The translations under genes were made by a program, and so were the position numbers. DNA of 64,000 nt, taken from the NCBI GenBank assembly GCA_963844035.1, contig CAWJMT010000036.1:1-64000 (forward strand), written 5' to 3'. The DNA comes from an uncultured Gemmatimonadales bacterium (lineage in GTDB: Bacteria > Gemmatimonadota > Gemmatimonadetes > Gemmatimonadales > GWC2-71-9). Numbering within the stretch: the first letter of the stretch is position 1; the number at the start of each line of letters is the position of its first letter. The notes under the pieces were generated by a model. It searched no databases. It had not been told where the DNA came from and was given only the letters and a program-made list of their open reading frames with translations. Positions 1 through 13,155 of the stretch are shown here, piece after piece.

Positions 1-108
1 GGCGACATCCTGCCCGTGGACCTGTGGGTTCCGGGCTGCCCGCCCCATCCACTCACGACGCTCGACGGCCTGCTCCGGGTGCTGGGTAGAATCAACGGGC
101 GACCGTGA
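1..108 (+). CDS. C-terminal fragment of a NuoB-like / group 4 hydrogenase small-subunit Fe-S protein
   Basis: Frame 1 reads GDILPVDLWVPGCPPHPLTTLDGLLRVLG; PVDxxVPGCPP is the NuoB/HycG motif. TGA at 106-108 overlaps the next GTG start. Confidence 0.75.
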   Translation, partial: GDILPVDLWVPGCPPHPLTTLDGLLRVLGRINGRP

Positions 109-1506
109 GCGGCGCCCGCCCCTCGCTCGAGTTCCTCGGCGCGGCGGGAACGGTGACCGGGTCTATGCACCTCGTGCGGCGCAAACGGGCGGCGGATTCT
201 GCTCGATTGTGGCCTGTTCCAAGGGCAGAAGGACCTGCGAGTCCGCAACTGGGAGGAGCGGGTTCCCGACCCGCGCACGATCGACGCGGTTGTGCTGAGC
301 CACGTTCACGTCGACCACTCGGGATACTTGCCGCTGCTCGCGCGCCAGGGGTTTCGCGGTCCCATCTTCTGCACCTCCGGCACCGCCGATCTCCTCGCGA
401 TCGTCCTCCCTGACGCCGCCCACTTGCAGGAGGAAGAAGCAGAGCGCGCCAATCGCCGCGGGTACACCAAGCACCACCCGGCGTTGCCGCTGTACTCGGG
501 CGAGGACGCGCAGGCGGCGCTCCGGTTGGTGCAGGCGCGGGACTACGATGCGCCGTTTGCCGTGGTGGGTGGCGCACGTGCGTTGCTGCGGCGCGCCGGC
601 CACATTCTGGGGTCAGCGACGATGCAGCTCGACATCGACGCCGAGCGCAACGCCCGCCTGGTATACACCGGGGACCTCGGTCGCTACGGCCGGCCGATCC
701 TGCGCGACCCCGAGCCGGTGCCGGCGGCCGACGTGCTGCTGCTCGAGTCCACCTACGGGAATCGGACGCACGAGACGGGCGCCGCCGACGAGATCGCCAA
801 GATCATTCGGGACACGGCGCGGCAGGGTGGCACGATCCTGATCCCCGCGTTCGCGGTGGACCGGACGCAGGAGCTGCTGTGGATGCTCCACCGCCTTGAG
901 CAGAGCAATGCGATCCCGATCCTCCCAGTGTACTGCGACAGTCCAATGGCGATCGAGGTGAGTGAGGCGTACCGGCGCCATCCCGAGGACTATGACGCCG
1001 AGCTGGCGGCCGCGTTCAGCACAGGCGATGCGCCGCTCGGCACGCGCCTGCTGCGGTTCGCGCGGTCTCCGGAGGAATCGCGGCGCATCAACGATGTGCG
1101 CGGTCCCGTGATCATCATCTCGGCCAGCGGGATGGCGACGGGGGGCCGCATCCTGCACCACATGGCGCTGCGGCTGTCCGATCCCCGCACGACGGTGCTG
1201 CTCGTCGGATTTCAGGCGGCCGGCAGCCGGGGGCGCGCCTTGCAGGACGGCGCCCGGGAAGTGCGCATCTTCGGGACTCCGGTGCCGGTGCGGGCGAAGG
1301 TGGCGCAGATCACGGCGCTGTCGGCGCACGCCGACCGTGACGAAACGCTGCGCTGGCTGGCGGGGTTCAAGACGCCGCCCCGGATTACGTACCTCGTGCA
1401 CGGCGAGCCCGAAGCGTCGCAGGCGCTCGCGGAGGCGATTCGCGCGCGCTACGGGTGGTTGGTCGTGGTCGCGGCCGCGGGGGAAACGGTCAGCCTGGAG
1501 GCGTGA
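105..1506 (+). CDS. MBL-fold beta-CASP metallo-hydrolase (RNA-processing exonuclease family); one frameshift near 185
   Basis: FLGAAGTVTGS, then in the shifted frame LLDCGLFQG, HVHVDHSG, AGHILGS, ESTYG, SAHAD and VHGE. Confidence 0.9.
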
Positions 1507-1521
1507 GCTGACACGCCGTGA

Positions 1522-4308
1522 TCATCCACGTAGCGCGGCAAGTTGCCGCAGCACGTACTCGAGGATCCCGCCGTGGCGGTAGTACTGCAGCTCTTGCGGC
1601 GTGTCGATGCGGACCGTGGCGCGAAACTCGACCGTTTTGCCGTCCGCCCGCGTGGCGCGGACCGTGAGGTCCTTCCCGCGTGGGAACCCTTCCGAGAGTA
1701 TCTCCGCCAAACCGGCGATGTCGTATCGCTCCGTGCCGCTCAACGCGAGCGTCACCGGGGTCTGGTCGGCGAGGAACTGCAAGGGCAGGATGCCCATGCC
1801 CACCAGGTTCGAGCGGTGGATGCGCTCGTAGCTCTGCGCGATCACGGCGCGGACGCCGAGCAGGCGCGGACCCTTGGCGGCCCAATCGCGCGATGACCCG
1901 GAGCCGTACTCCTTGCCGGCGATCACGAGCAGCGGGGTACGCTCCTTCTGGTACTGCACCGAGGCATCGTAGATCGACATCTCCTTGCCGTCGGGCAGGT
2001 GGACCGTGAACGGTCCTTCGGTGCCCGGGGCGAGCTGGTTCTTGAGCCGGACATTGGCGAAGGTGCCGCGCACCATCACCTCGTGGTTGCCGCGGCGCGC
2101 GCCGTAGGAGTTGAAATCCACAGGTTGCACGCCCTGGGCGACGAGGTATTGCCCTGCCGGGCTTGTCTTTCTGATCGATCCCGCCGGCGAAATGTGATCG
2201 GTCGTAATACTGTCGCCGAGCAGCGCGAGCACGCGGGCGCCTGTGATGTCCCGGATCGGGGCTGGCGTCTTGGGTAAGCCGTCGAAGTACGGTGCCTGGC
2301 GGATGTAGGTCGAGTCGCCGTCCCAGGCGAAGCGATCACCCTCGGGCACCGGGAGGCTCGCCCAGCGTTTGTCGCCCTTGAAAACCTCGCCGTAGTGCTT
2401 GCGAAACATCGCGGACTGGATCGACGCCCGGATGACGCTGTCGACCTCCTGTGGCGTCGGCCAGATGTCGCGCAGGTAGACGGGCTTCCCGTCTTTGCCG
2501 GTGCCGAGCGGCTCGTGCACGAGATCCACGTCGATCCGGCCCGCCAGCGCATAGGCGACCACGAGCGGCGGCGACGCCAGGTAGTTGGCCCGCACTTCCT
2601 GCTGGATACGGCCTTCGAAGTTGCGATTCCCCGAGAGTACGGCGCACGTCACCAGGTCGCCCTCGGTGATCGCCGCCGAGACGGCGTCCGGGAGCGGGCC
2701 GGAGTTTCCGATACAGGTGGTGCAGCCGTAGCCCACCAGGAAAAAGCGCAGCTGTTCCAGGTACGGCGTCAGGCCGGCGCGGTCCAGATAGTCGGTCACG
2801 ACCTTGGAGCCGGGCGCGAGACTCGTCTTGACCCAGGGTTGGGTCTTGAGCCCGCGCTCGACAGCCTTCTTCGCTACGAGTCCCGCCGCCACCATCACCG
2901 AAGGATTGGACGTGTTGGTGCAGCTCGTGATCGCGGCGATCACGACGGACCCGTGGTGGAGCCGGCAATCGACGCCGTCGATCTTGAGCTCAACGTGCGC
3001 CGGTCGCTGTGGCGGTGCCTGTACCGCCGCGGCGACGCTCCCGCCTTCAGCTTCCCAGCGGCCCCCGTTGGCGGGCGGTGGCGCGGCGGGTCGCGCGGGA
3101 GCCTTCACGAGTGTCGGGAGCGCGTCCTGAAATCCCTGTTTTACGGCTCGGAGCGACACCCGGTCCTGGGGGCGGCGTGGGCCCGCGAGGCTTGGCTCCA
3201 CCGTGGAGAGATCGAGCGCCAACGTGTCGGAATAGGCCGGCTCCGGAGCGCCGGGCGTGTGAAACAGCCCCTGTTCCTTCATGTACGCCGCGACCAGATC
3301 GATCTGCTCCTTCGACCGGCCGGTGAACTCGAGGTAGCGCAGTGTCTCCTCGTCCACCGGGAACATCCCGGCGGTGGCGCCGTACTCGGGCGCCATGTTG
3401 CCGAGGGTGGCGCGGTCGGCGACGGGCAAGGCGGCGACGCCTGGGCCGTAGAACTCGAGGATCTTCCCGACGACACCCTTCTTGCGGAGCATCTCGGTGA
3501 CCGTCAGCACGAGGTCCGTCGCGGTCGCCCCTTCGGCGAGCCGGCCCGTCAGACGAAATCCCACGACCTGCGGAATCAGCATGGAGACGGGCTGTCCGAG
3601 CATCGCCGCCTCGGCTTCGATGCCGCCGACTCCCCACCCGAGCACGCCGAGGCCGTTGACCATGGTCGTGTGCGAGTCGGTGCCGACCAGCGTGTCGGGA
3701 TAGGCCTGCGGCGTCGGGCCGTCGGTGGTGCACACGACGCGCGCCAGGTACTCGAGGTTCACCTGATGCACGATGCCGGTATCGGGCGGGACAACCCGGA
3801 AGCCCTGGAACGTCTGCTGCGCCCAACGCAGCAGCGCATAGCGCTCACCGTTGCGCTGGAATTCGAGATCGGCGTTGGCCTGGAAGGCGGACGCCGTGCC
3901 GAACTGATCGACGATCACGGAGTGGTCGATCACGAGCTCGGCCGGGAGGAGCGGGTTCACATGCTTGGGGTCCCCGCCCAGGGCCCGGATCGCGTCGCGC
4001 ATCGAAGCGAGGTCCACGACGGCGGGCACGCCGGTGAAGTCCTGGAGCAGGACCCTGGCGGGCATGAACGCAATCTCTTCGTCAGGAACCTTGCCGGGAT
4101 CCCAGCGCGCCAGCCGCTCGATGTCCGCCGCGCGCACGGCGCGGCCGTCCTCCCTGCGCAGGAGGTTCTCGAGCAGGATCTTGAGCGAGTAAGGGAGGTG
4201 GGAAATCGCGAGCCCGCGACGCTCGAGCGTGTCGAGGCGGAAGATTTCGAATGTCCGCCCACCCACCGTGAGCGCGCTTCGTGCTCCGAAGCTGTTCGGG
4301 GGGCTCAC
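1522..4308 (-). CDS. acnA: Aconitate hydratase AcnA
   Basis: 928 aa with [36 protein letters not shown] and [10 protein letters not shown]. Confidence 0.97.
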   Translation of the reverse strand: MSPPNSFGARSALTVGGRTFEIFRLDTLERRGLAISHLPYSLKILLENLLRREDGRAVRAADIERLARWDPGKVPDEEIAFMPARVLLQDFTGVPAVVDLASMRDAIRALGGDPKHVNPLLPAELVIDHSVIVDQFGTASAFQANADLEFQRNGERYALLRWAQQTFQGFRVVPPDTGIVHQVNLEYLARVVCTTDGPTPQAYPDTLVGTDSHTTMVNGLGVLGWGVGGIEAEAAMLGQPVSMLIPQVVGFRLTGRLAEGATATDLVLTVTEMLRKKGVVGKILEFYGPGVAALPVADRATLGNMAPEYGATAGMFPVDEETLRYLEFTGRSKEQIDLVAAYMKEQGLFHTPGAPEPAYSDTLALDLSTVEPSLAGPRRPQDRVSLRAVKQGFQDALPTLVKAPARPAAPPPANGGRWEAEGGSVAAAVQAPPQRPAHVELKIDGVDCRLHHGSVVIAAITSCTNTSNPSVMVAAGLVAKKAVERGLKTQPWVKTSLAPGSKVVTDYLDRAGLTPYLEQLRFFLVGYGCTTCIGNSGPLPDAVSAAITEGDLVTCAVLSGNRNFEGRIQQEVRANYLASPPLVVAYALAGRIDVDLVHEPLGTGKDGKPVYLRDIWPTPQEVDSVIRASIQSAMFRKHYGEVFKGDKRWASLPVPEGDRFAWDGDSTYIRQAPYFDGLPKTPAPIRDITGARVLALLGDSITTDHISPAGSIRKTSPAGQYLVAQGVQPVDFNSYGARRGNHEVMVRGTFANVRLKNQLAPGTEGPFTVHLPDGKEMSIYDASVQYQKERTPLLVIAGKEYGSGSSRDWAAKGPRLLGVRAVIAQSYERIHRSNLVGMGILPLQFLADQTPVTLALSGTERYDIAGLAEILSEGFPRGKDLTVRATRADGKTVEFRATVRIDTPQELQYYRHGGILEYVLRQLAALRG

Positions 4309-4682
4309 TCGACGGGTCGGGAATCGGTCACCCAGTAGCCGGTTTCGCCGAAGCAGCTCGTCGGAATTCCCAGGTGCTGGTTATAGGAAAGCGCGACGCG
4401 CTTTCCCAGGGACGCGTTGATCCGGGCGGCCACCGAGTCGTTGCGCACCGTAAAGAAGAATTTCTCCGGCATCGTTCCCGGGAGCGAGACCATCGCCAGC
4501 TCGCCTTCCCAGGTCTTACAGATCCACCCCTTCTTGGAAAACTTCTGCACATAGCCGGCGCGCTCACCCGACGAGTAGCTCCAGGTCATCGCCATCCAGG
4601 CGTAGGCGGTGAACACGATGACTGGCAGGAGCACGACGCCGGCGATGATGCGCCTCTGGGACCGGGAGAGAGTGAAGGCCAT
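4305..4682 (-). CDS. Membrane-anchored hypothetical protein
   Basis: N-terminal TM helix, then [27 protein letters not shown]; stop overlaps the acnA start. Confidence 0.7.
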   Translation of the reverse strand: MAFTLSRSQRRIIAGVVLLPVIVFTAYAWMAMTWSYSSGERAGYVQKFSKKGWICKTWEGELAMVSLPGTMPEKFFFTVRNDSVAARINASLGKRVALSYNQHLGIPTSCFGETGYWVTDSRPVE

Positions 4683-4709
4683 GCAGGGAATTTAGCGGCA
4701 GTGCGCGCG

Positions 4710-5210
4710 CTACGTCACCTCGTACGTTTCAGTGCGATAAATGACGAACCCGCGCGCCTGGTAGTTGGGAATGGCGTGCGGGTGGTCGAGGGTGCAGGTG
4801 TGGACCCAGACTCGGGCGGGGCCGAGCGCCCACGCGTCGCGCACGGCGCAGGAGAGGAGATGTTTCCCCAGGCCGAGGCCGATGACCCCGGGTGCGAGGC
4901 CGAAGTAGGCGATCTCCATCGAGTCGTTCTCCGTCACGCGGCGCAGCTCGTACCACCCCGCGAACCGCCCCCGCTGAATGGCAACATGCAGGCTGATTTC
5001 GGGTTGCCTCAGGTGCGCACGGATTTCCGTGTCCGTCCAGTGCCAGCGGTCGCGCCAGTGGTAGGCCTCGCCGACGGTCTGGTAGCACGATCGGTAGAGC
5101 TCGGGGGTCGGTTCTGCCACGCGCTCGACGACGAGGCCCGGAAACGCCCCGAACGCGGGCCGGAACTGGGCGGGGTCCGTCAGATGGAGGTAGGTCCGTA
5201 CTGCCTGCAT
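4710..5210 (-). CDS. GNAT N-acetyltransferase
   Basis: IAYFGL..IGLGLGKHLL (motif A), VHTCTLDHPHAIPNYQARGF. Confidence 0.85.
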   Translation of the reverse strand: MQAVRTYLHLTDPAQFRPAFGAFPGLVVERVAEPTPELYRSCYQTVGEAYHWRDRWHWTDTEIRAHLRQPEISLHVAIQRGRFAGWYELRRVTENDSMEIAYFGLAPGVIGLGLGKHLLSCAVRDAWALGPARVWVHTCTLDHPHAIPNYQARGFVIYRTETYEVT

Positions 5211-5272
5211 GGAGGTCGCGCTCGGGCGATGAACGTGTATCTTACTGCCGACACTCGCACTCTGGGATCTTC

Positions 5273-5626
5273 ATGGCCAACCGGATGACCACCGTCCCGC
5301 TGCCGCTCAGCCTGCACCTGGCCGGCTTCGCCGTTATCGGTCTGTTCTGCGCATTTGCAGGCGGGCTGAACCTACTCGATCCTACGAAGTATCTGCACGC
5401 GCTCGCATTCCTCGGCGTGACGGGGGCGAGCTGGGGCTACGTATTCGGGATCTACATGGGCCGCAAGGAAGTTGTCACCTTCGGGCTCGTTCAGAGCGCG
5501 GTGTACCTGGCGTTCGGGGTGTGGAAGCTGTCCGTATACGCCCCCCTGGGTCTGTTACTGCTCGCGATCGGTGCCTACGGTCTGGGATCGCTGCTCTACT
5601 ACCGCAAGGTGATTCTGGAGATCTAG
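5273..5626 (+). CDS. Small 4-TM membrane protein
   Basis: 117 aa with four hydrophobic segments; fills the gap between flanking genes. Confidence 0.65.
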   Translation: MANRMTTVPLPLSLHLAGFAVIGLFCAFAGGLNLLDPTKYLHALAFLGVTGASWGYVFGIYMGRKEVVTFGLVQSAVYLAFGVWKLSVYAPLGLLLLAIGAYGLGSLLYYRKVILEI

Positions 5627-5637
5627 CCGGCCGGATC

Positions 5638-7566
5638 TCAGCCGACCGTCGAGACGACAAAGTTCTCGGGCGCGGCCGGCAGGTCCACCACGAATCGGGC
5701 TCCCCCAAGCGGGGACGCTTCAAGCCAGATCTTCCCTCCCACCTCGCTCACCACGCGCTGACAGATGGCAAGGCCGAGGCCCGTCCCCTCGTCCGGGCCT
5801 TTGGTCGTGAAGAAGGGGTCGAAGATGCGGTGGCGGATCTCCTCCGGGATACCCGGCCCGGAGTCTTCGACCGCGAACCGCACCCATCCGTCCCGCGCCT
5901 GCGTGCTCAACGCGATGATGGCGGGTGCCCGTCCTCGGATGGCGTGCTCGGCGTTCGTCACGAGATTGATGACGACCTGCTGGAGCTCCTGTCCGAGCCC
6001 AAGGACCGCAGGTGCGGCGCCATCCACCTCCGAGCGGATCTCGATGCTCTCCGAGCGCAGGACGCGCTGGCGGATTTCGACCACGTCGCGGACCAGCTCG
6101 TTCATCTGCACCCGCGTGGGCGTTGTGTCGGCCCGGCGCGCAAGGCGCAACAAGCTGCGCACGATGCGCGCGGCGCGGTCGACTTCGCGCGTCATGGTGA
6201 CCGCCGCGGCGGTCGTATCGGGGTCCTTGTTCGCCCGCACGAGCAGCTCCGCTTCCATGCGGATGGCGGTCAGCGGGTTGTTGACTTCGTGCGCCACGCC
6301 GCTCGCGATCTCGCCGACCGTGGCCAGCTTCTCGCGAGCCACGAGCTCGCGCTCGGCCCGGAGCTCGTCGGTGCGATCGTACAGCGCGACGAGGAGGTGA
6401 CTCGACTCGACTCCGGCGAGGCCGGTGACGGTGCAGTCGCACGTCCGCCGGTCACCGTCGCTGCGGGTGACGAGCACGCGCCCATGCCACGCCTTGCCGG
6501 CGAGCGCCTGCGCAAGGACCACATGGAGCGGGAATCCGGTCGGCGACAGCCCCAGGCCCTCGAGATGCTTCCCGAGTCCCTTCGCTTCGACGGTGACCCC
6601 GAACAGCCGGCAGGCGGCGGCGTTGAGCTGCTCCACGCGGCCTTCGCGGTCCACCAGGGCGAGCGGCAGGGGACTGCCGTTCACCATCGCACGCGCCTGC
6701 TCCGCGGCCGAACGCACGCTCGCCAGGGCCTCGGTAAGCGCCAGGCCTCCGGCGATGTGCGCGACGACGGCGCTGACGTACTGGAGCTCGACGAGCGTAA
6801 ACGGCGCGGGAGGTAGCGTGCTGTCGGGAACGGCAAAGCGCACCACGCCGATGGCGCCCGTCACCCCGTTCGAAGTGCGGAGCGGCGTGATCATCACCGC
6901 TCGCGCCGTGCCAGAGGGTGACGCGAGGAACCTGGCGTCGGGCTCGAGCTGAACGTTCTCACTCATGAACGCCTCCCCCGAGGTGACCACCCGGCCCGTC
7001 GCGCTGCTGTCCAGGGGGAGGACCAACCCTTCCATTTCGGCCGACTGGCCGAACGTAGCGGCGACCCGCAACGAGTCCCCATCCGCGTGCCGCAGCGCCA
7101 CGAAGGCGCCCTGCGCATCGACCAGGCTGGTGAGGCTCTGGATCGTGTAGCGCAACAACAGCTCCCGGTCGGGCGCGGCGAGCAGCCAGCGCGACAATTC
7201 GACCAGGAACGTGCCCAGGCGGCGCTCCCGCTCGAGACTTGCGCGGCGGCCAACCATCCCGGCGAGCTGCAGGGCGACGTCGACCATGGCTTTGAGCTCG
7301 GCGGTCGGGAATGCGGCGGGTGCTCCGTCGATTGAGATGTCGACGACGCGGCCATCCGCTTCACGGACCACGACGTGCACGGGGTCGCTGCTCGCCGGCT
7401 TGGTTCCCGCGGTGACCGTGCCGGATTCGCCGTGCCCTTGATACGTCAGCTCGACGTGGGTGCTGCCGGACCACTCCCGCAAGACACCGGCAGCCGTCTG
7501 CCAGAATGCCTTGGATTCCTTCGCGGTATTCGCCTCGGAGAGCAGCTGCCGGATGGGATCGAGCAT
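5638..7566 (-). CDS. GAF/PAS sensor histidine kinase
   Basis: H box AHEVNNPL, N box [29 protein letters not shown]- and PAS-like regions upstream. Confidence 0.92.
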   Translation of the reverse strand: MLDPIRQLLSEANTAKESKAFWQTAAGVLREWSGSTHVELTYQGHGESGTVTAGTKPASSDPVHVVVREADGRVVDISIDGAPAAFPTAELKAMVDVALQLAGMVGRRASLERERRLGTFLVELSRWLLAAPDRELLLRYTIQSLTSLVDAQGAFVALRHADGDSLRVAATFGQSAEMEGLVLPLDSSATGRVVTSGEAFMSENVQLEPDARFLASPSGTARAVMITPLRTSNGVTGAIGVVRFAVPDSTLPPAPFTLVELQYVSAVVAHIAGGLALTEALASVRSAAEQARAMVNGSPLPLALVDREGRVEQLNAAACRLFGVTVEAKGLGKHLEGLGLSPTGFPLHVVLAQALAGKAWHGRVLVTRSDGDRRTCDCTVTGLAGVESSHLLVALYDRTDELRAERELVAREKLATVGEIASGVAHEVNNPLTAIRMEAELLVRANKDPDTTAAAVTMTREVDRAARIVRSLLRLARRADTTPTRVQMNELVRDVVEIRQRVLRSESIEIRSEVDGAAPAVLGLGQELQQVVINLVTNAEHAIRGRAPAIIALSTQARDGWVRFAVEDSGPGIPEEIRHRIFDPFFTTKGPDEGTGLGLAICQRVVSEVGGKIWLEASPLGGARFVVDLPAAPENFVVSTVG

Positions 7567-7574
7567 GGAGCGGG

Positions 7575-8285
7575 CTAGGGGTTCGTTGGCCGGATGTCGA
7601 GCTCGCTCACCATCGCGCGCTCGGAAGCGGTGAGCGCGGCGACGACGGCATGCGCCACGTCGTCGGGGGCGAGGGCGCGGTCGCGATTCGGGTGCTCGCG
7701 GGGCTGCTTGTCCATGAATGGCGTGGCGACAGATCCCGGACAGATTGCCACGACCCGGATGTTGTGCTTGCGAACCTCAGGCATCAGCGCCTTCGAGAAA
7801 CCGAGGACCGCGTGCTTGGATGCGCAATAGGCGGTGCCCCCTTCGAACCCGTTCTTCCCAGCGAGCGATGCAATGTTGACGATGGTACCGCCGCCCTGCT
7901 TCATGCCCGCCAAGAACGCCCGGGTCATGAGGAAGAGGGAACGGACATTCACGGCCATCGTCGCGTCCCAGTCTTCGAGCGACAGCTCGCTCAGCGGCTT
8001 GAAGCGCCCGATGCCGGCGTTGTTCACCAGTACACGCGGCGCGCCATGCTGCTTGACCGTGAAGGCTGCGAACGCATCCACGCCGGCCGGATCAGAGACA
8101 TCACAGGGCATCCCCACCGCATCGATGCGCGCGTCCCGGAGCGCCTGCACTGTGGCGCGCACGTTGGGCTCGGTGCGGGCGCAGATGGCGAGCTTGGCAC
8201 CGGCACGCCCTAGTCGGAACGCAATGGCGCGACCGATTCCTTCGGTCGCGCCAGTCACGACGGCAAGTACTCCGGACAGCTCCAT
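7575..8285 (-). CDS. SDR family oxidoreductase
   Basis: TGATEGIG, VNNAG, YCASK. Confidence 0.93.
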   Translation of the reverse strand: MELSGVLAVVTGATEGIGRAIAFRLGRAGAKLAICARTEPNVRATVQALRDARIDAVGMPCDVSDPAGVDAFAAFTVKQHGAPRVLVNNAGIGRFKPLSELSLEDWDATMAVNVRSLFLMTRAFLAGMKQGGGTIVNIASLAGKNGFEGGTAYCASKHAVLGFSKALMPEVRKHNIRVVAICPGSVATPFMDKQPREHPNRDRALAPDDVAHAVVAALTASERAMVSELDIRPTNP

Positions 8286-8332
8286 GAGAGAATATACGCC
8301 GCGCGGGGGGCGCGGCGCTGCTGGACTGGCTG

Positions 8333-9587
8333 CTACGCCCGAACGGCGCCGGGGAAGCGTGCGGAGTCGGGTGTGAACCCCGGAAAGATGGACGAGAGGT
8401 CGGACGCCCCCATGTGACGGGTGAGCACTTCACCGAAGAGATCGCGGAAATCGGTCGTCACGGCGACGTCCCGTCCTTCAAAGCGCGCGGCGGCGGCGAG
8501 ACCGGGCCAGCGCCCGAGCACCTTGCCGCCGTTCACCGGACCGCCCAGCACGAGCATCGCGGTCGCGTGGCCGTGGTCGGTGCCAAGCGACCCGTTTTCG
8601 TGAATCGTCCGGCCGAACTCCGACATCGTGACGACGACGACGTCGCGCATGCGGTCGCCCATGTCGCGCGCGAACGCCGCGAGCGCATCGCCAAAGTCCG
8701 CGAGCCTGGTCGCGAGCTGGCCGTCGCTCGCGCCCTGGTTCACGTGTGTGTCCCAGCCCGTGGCGTCGGCGAACGCCACCTCCAACCCGACGTCCGCCTT
8801 GATGAGCTGAGCGATCTGCCGCAGCGCGGCTCCCAGCCGGCCGCGCGGATAGGTCGCGCCACCTGAAGGTTGGTACTGGGCGGGATTGGCCTTCTGGAGC
8901 AGCTGCACCGCTTCGAACGCTTCCTGTGACGACGATGCCAGGACACCAGTGGCCGCGCCCGCGTACAGATCTTCAAACGCCCGGGTGACCTTGCCCCCTC
9001 CAGCCTCGGGTGCCCTGACGCCGAAGGTTTGCAGGTCCTGAACGGCCAGGCTCGGCGCGGTCCCGGCGAGGATGCGCGGCAAACGGGGCCCGAACGCGAC
9101 CGCGCGGAACGGAGTGCGGAGGTGTTCGCGGTCGTGTTCGCAGTAGCGGTTGAGCCAACCGTCCGACGTCGCCTTCCGCCCGGGTGTCCCCGACTCCATG
9201 TAGTCCTGGGCATCGAAGTGGCTGCGCGTTGCATCGGGGGAGCCCGCCGCGGGGATAACCGCGAGGCTCTTGTTGTCCCACAGGGTCTTGAGCCCCGCCA
9301 ATCGCGGGTGCAGCCCGAAATAGCCGTCCAGGTCCACGACGTCCCGCTGCGGTATGGCGATGCGCGGGCGTGCCTCGTAATACAGGCGATCGCCATGCGG
9401 CACGACCATGTTCAGGCCGTCCACCGCACCGCGCTGAAAGAGACAGACGAGAATGGGCCGGGAAGGCGGGAAGGCGGGTAGGCGGGAAGAACGCGAAGGC
9501 GGCCCGCGCGAGGAACAACGGATCGAGGCCGAAGCTGACAAGCGCCAGACCACCGGACTTCACAAACACCCGTCTCGAGATCGCCAT
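8333..9587 (-). CDS. DUF1501 family protein with Tat-like signal; frameshift near 9460-9490
   Basis: MAISRRVFVK signal; FQRGAVDGL, RSHFDAQ, GWDTH, SEFGRT, GTDHG. Confidence 0.88.
9459..9489. repeat. Octamer tandem repeat (CGGGWAGG)x~4 inside the DUF1501 coding region
   Basis: cgggaagg cgggaagg cgggtagg cgggaag. Confidence 0.85.
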
Positions 9588-9610
9588 CGTCACATTTCTC
9601 CTTGGCTGCG

Positions 9611-9638
9611 CTTCCCGCCTACCCGCCTGCCCGCCTTC

Positions 9639-9639
<1 letters not shown>
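9611..9639. repeat. Octamer tandem repeat, inverted copy of 9461-9489
   Basis: cttcccgcctacccgcctgcccgccttcc matches the reverse complement of 9461-9489 at 28 of 29 positions. Confidence 0.85.
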
Positions 9640-11225
<1,586 letters not shown>

Positions 11226-11301
11226 CGGGTTATATTGACGCACCGCACTCGAGGAAAGTTAAGCTCTGACCCCCCCGGCCCGATTCGTTTCCCACGGGAT
11301 C

Positions 11302-13155
11302 ATGCCCAGTCCCAAGAGCCTGCTCTCGGGCGGCGAAACCAAGCCGCCCAGCTGGAGCGAACGGCTGCAGGCCCTCAAGTACGTCCCGCCGCTCCTCAAG
11401 TTGGTGTTCCAGACCCACCGCGGCTACACCGCGGGGATCCTGCTGCTGCGCGCGGTCCGATCGTTCATCCCGCTGGCGGTCCTTTGGATCGGCAAGCTGA
11501 TCATCGACGGTGTGATCGCCGCCGTGCGCACCCGGGCAGCCGGTGGAGAGGTGGACTGGTGGTATCTGGGCGGCCTGGTCGCGATCGAGCTCGCCGTGGC
11601 GGTCGGGGGTGAGGGGTTGGCGCGCCTGTCGTCGTTGCTCGAGAGCCTGTTGGGGGACCTGTTCTCCAACCGGATCAGTGTGCGCCTGATGGAGCACGCG
11701 GCCACGCTCGACCTGGCGCAGTACGAGGACTCGGAGACCTACGACCACCTCGAGCGCGCGCGCCGCCAGACGGTGGGGCGGATCGGCCTGGTGGCGCTGC
11801 TGCTCTCGACGGCCCAAGACCTGGTGACGCTCGTCTCGTTGGCAGCGGTGCTGGCCGTCCAGCTCCCCTGGCTGCTCGTGCTGCTGGTCATCGCGGTGGT
11901 GCCGTCGTTCCTCGGGGAGACCCACTACGCGGCGCTGGGCTATTCACTGCTGTTCTCGTGGACACCCGAGCGGCGGCTGCTCGACTACCTGCGCTATGCG
12001 GGCGCCTCGGACGAGATGGCGAAGGAAGTCAAGCTGTTCGGGCTGTCGGATTTCCTGATCGGCCGCTACGCCAAGCTGTCGGGTGAGTTCTACCAGGCGA
12101 ACAAGCGGCTCGCGATCAAGCGCAACGTCGTGTCGACGGTGTTCGTGACGCTCGGTACGCTCGGGTACTACGGCGCCTACGCCGTGTCGATCTACCTCAC
12201 GGTGCTGGGCCGATTCAGCCTCGGCGCGCTCACCTTTCTGGCCGGCTCGTTCCGGCAGAGCCGCGATCTGATCCAGCGCATCCTGTTGTCGCTGTCCCAG
12301 GTGTTCGAGCAGAGTCTGTATCTCTCCGATCTGTTCTCGTTTTTCGACGTGATGCCGCGCGTCACCTCGCGGCCCGGAGCGCGGCCGGTCCCCGTTCCGA
12401 TCCGGCGGGGTTTCGAATTCGAGGATGTCGGGTTTCGCTATCCGGGCTCGGACAAATGGGCGGTGCGGCACCTCTCGTTCGCGATCGCGCCGGACGAGCG
12501 GATTGCGCTGGTCGGCGAGAACGGCGCGGGAAAGACGACGCTGGTGAAACTGCTGGCGCGGCTGTACGACCCGGACGAAGGACGCATCCTGCTCGACGGC
12601 GTGGATCTGCGCGACTACGACCTGGTGAGCCTGCGGAAAAACATCGGCGTGATCTTCCAGGACTTCGTGCGCTATGACTTTGTCCTGAAGGAGAACATCG
12701 GTGTGGCGCAGGTGGATGCGCTCAACAACGACGAGCGGGTCCGGGAGGCGGCGCGGCGCAGCCTGGCCGACTCGGTCGCCAGCCGGCTCGCCGGCGGGTA
12801 CGATCAGATGCTCGGGCGCCGCTTCGACGGCGGCGTGGATCTCTCGGGGGGCGAATGGCAGAAGGTGGCCCTGGGCCGCGCCTACATGCGCGACGCCCAG
12901 GTCCTGATTCTCGACGAGCCGACGGCGGCGCTCGACGCCCGTGCCGAGTACGAGGTGTTCCTGCGGTTTGCCGAGCTGACCAAGGGCCGCATGGCCGTGC
13001 TGATCTCGCATCGGTTCTCGACCGTGCGGATGGCGGACCGGATCGTTGTACTGCAGGGGGGCGAGCTGGCCGACCAGGGGACACACGAAGAGCTGGTGGC
13101 CCGGGGCGGGTTATACGCGGAGCTGTTCTCCCTTCAGGCGGCGGGGTACCGCTAG
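11302..13155 (+). CDS. ABC exporter, fused permease/ATPase
   Basis: N-terminal TM domain; GENGAGKT, LSGGEWQ, ILDEPT, SHR. Confidence 0.95.
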   Translation: MPSPKSLLSGGETKPPSWSERLQALKYVPPLLKLVFQTHRGYTAGILLLRAVRSFIPLAVLWIGKLIIDGVIAAVRTRAAGGEVDWWYLGGLVAIELAVAVGGEGLARLSSLLESLLGDLFSNRISVRLMEHAATLDLAQYEDSETYDHLERARRQTVGRIGLVALLLSTAQDLVTLVSLAAVLAVQLPWLLVLLVIAVVPSFLGETHYAALGYSLLFSWTPERRLLDYLRYAGASDEMAKEVKLFGLSDFLIGRYAKLSGEFYQANKRLAIKRNVVSTVFVTLGTLGYYGAYAVSIYLTVLGRFSLGALTFLAGSFRQSRDLIQRILLSLSQVFEQSLYLSDLFSFFDVMPRVTSRPGARPVPVPIRRGFEFEDVGFRYPGSDKWAVRHLSFAIAPDERIALVGENGAGKTTLVKLLARLYDPDEGRILLDGVDLRDYDLVSLRKNIGVIFQDFVRYDFVLKENIGVAQVDALNNDERVREAARRSLADSVASRLAGGYDQMLGRRFDGGVDLSGGEWQKVALGRAYMRDAQVLILDEPTAALDARAEYEVFLRFAELTKGRMAVLISHRFSTVRMADRIVVLQGGELADQGTHEELVARGGLYAELFSLQAAGYR

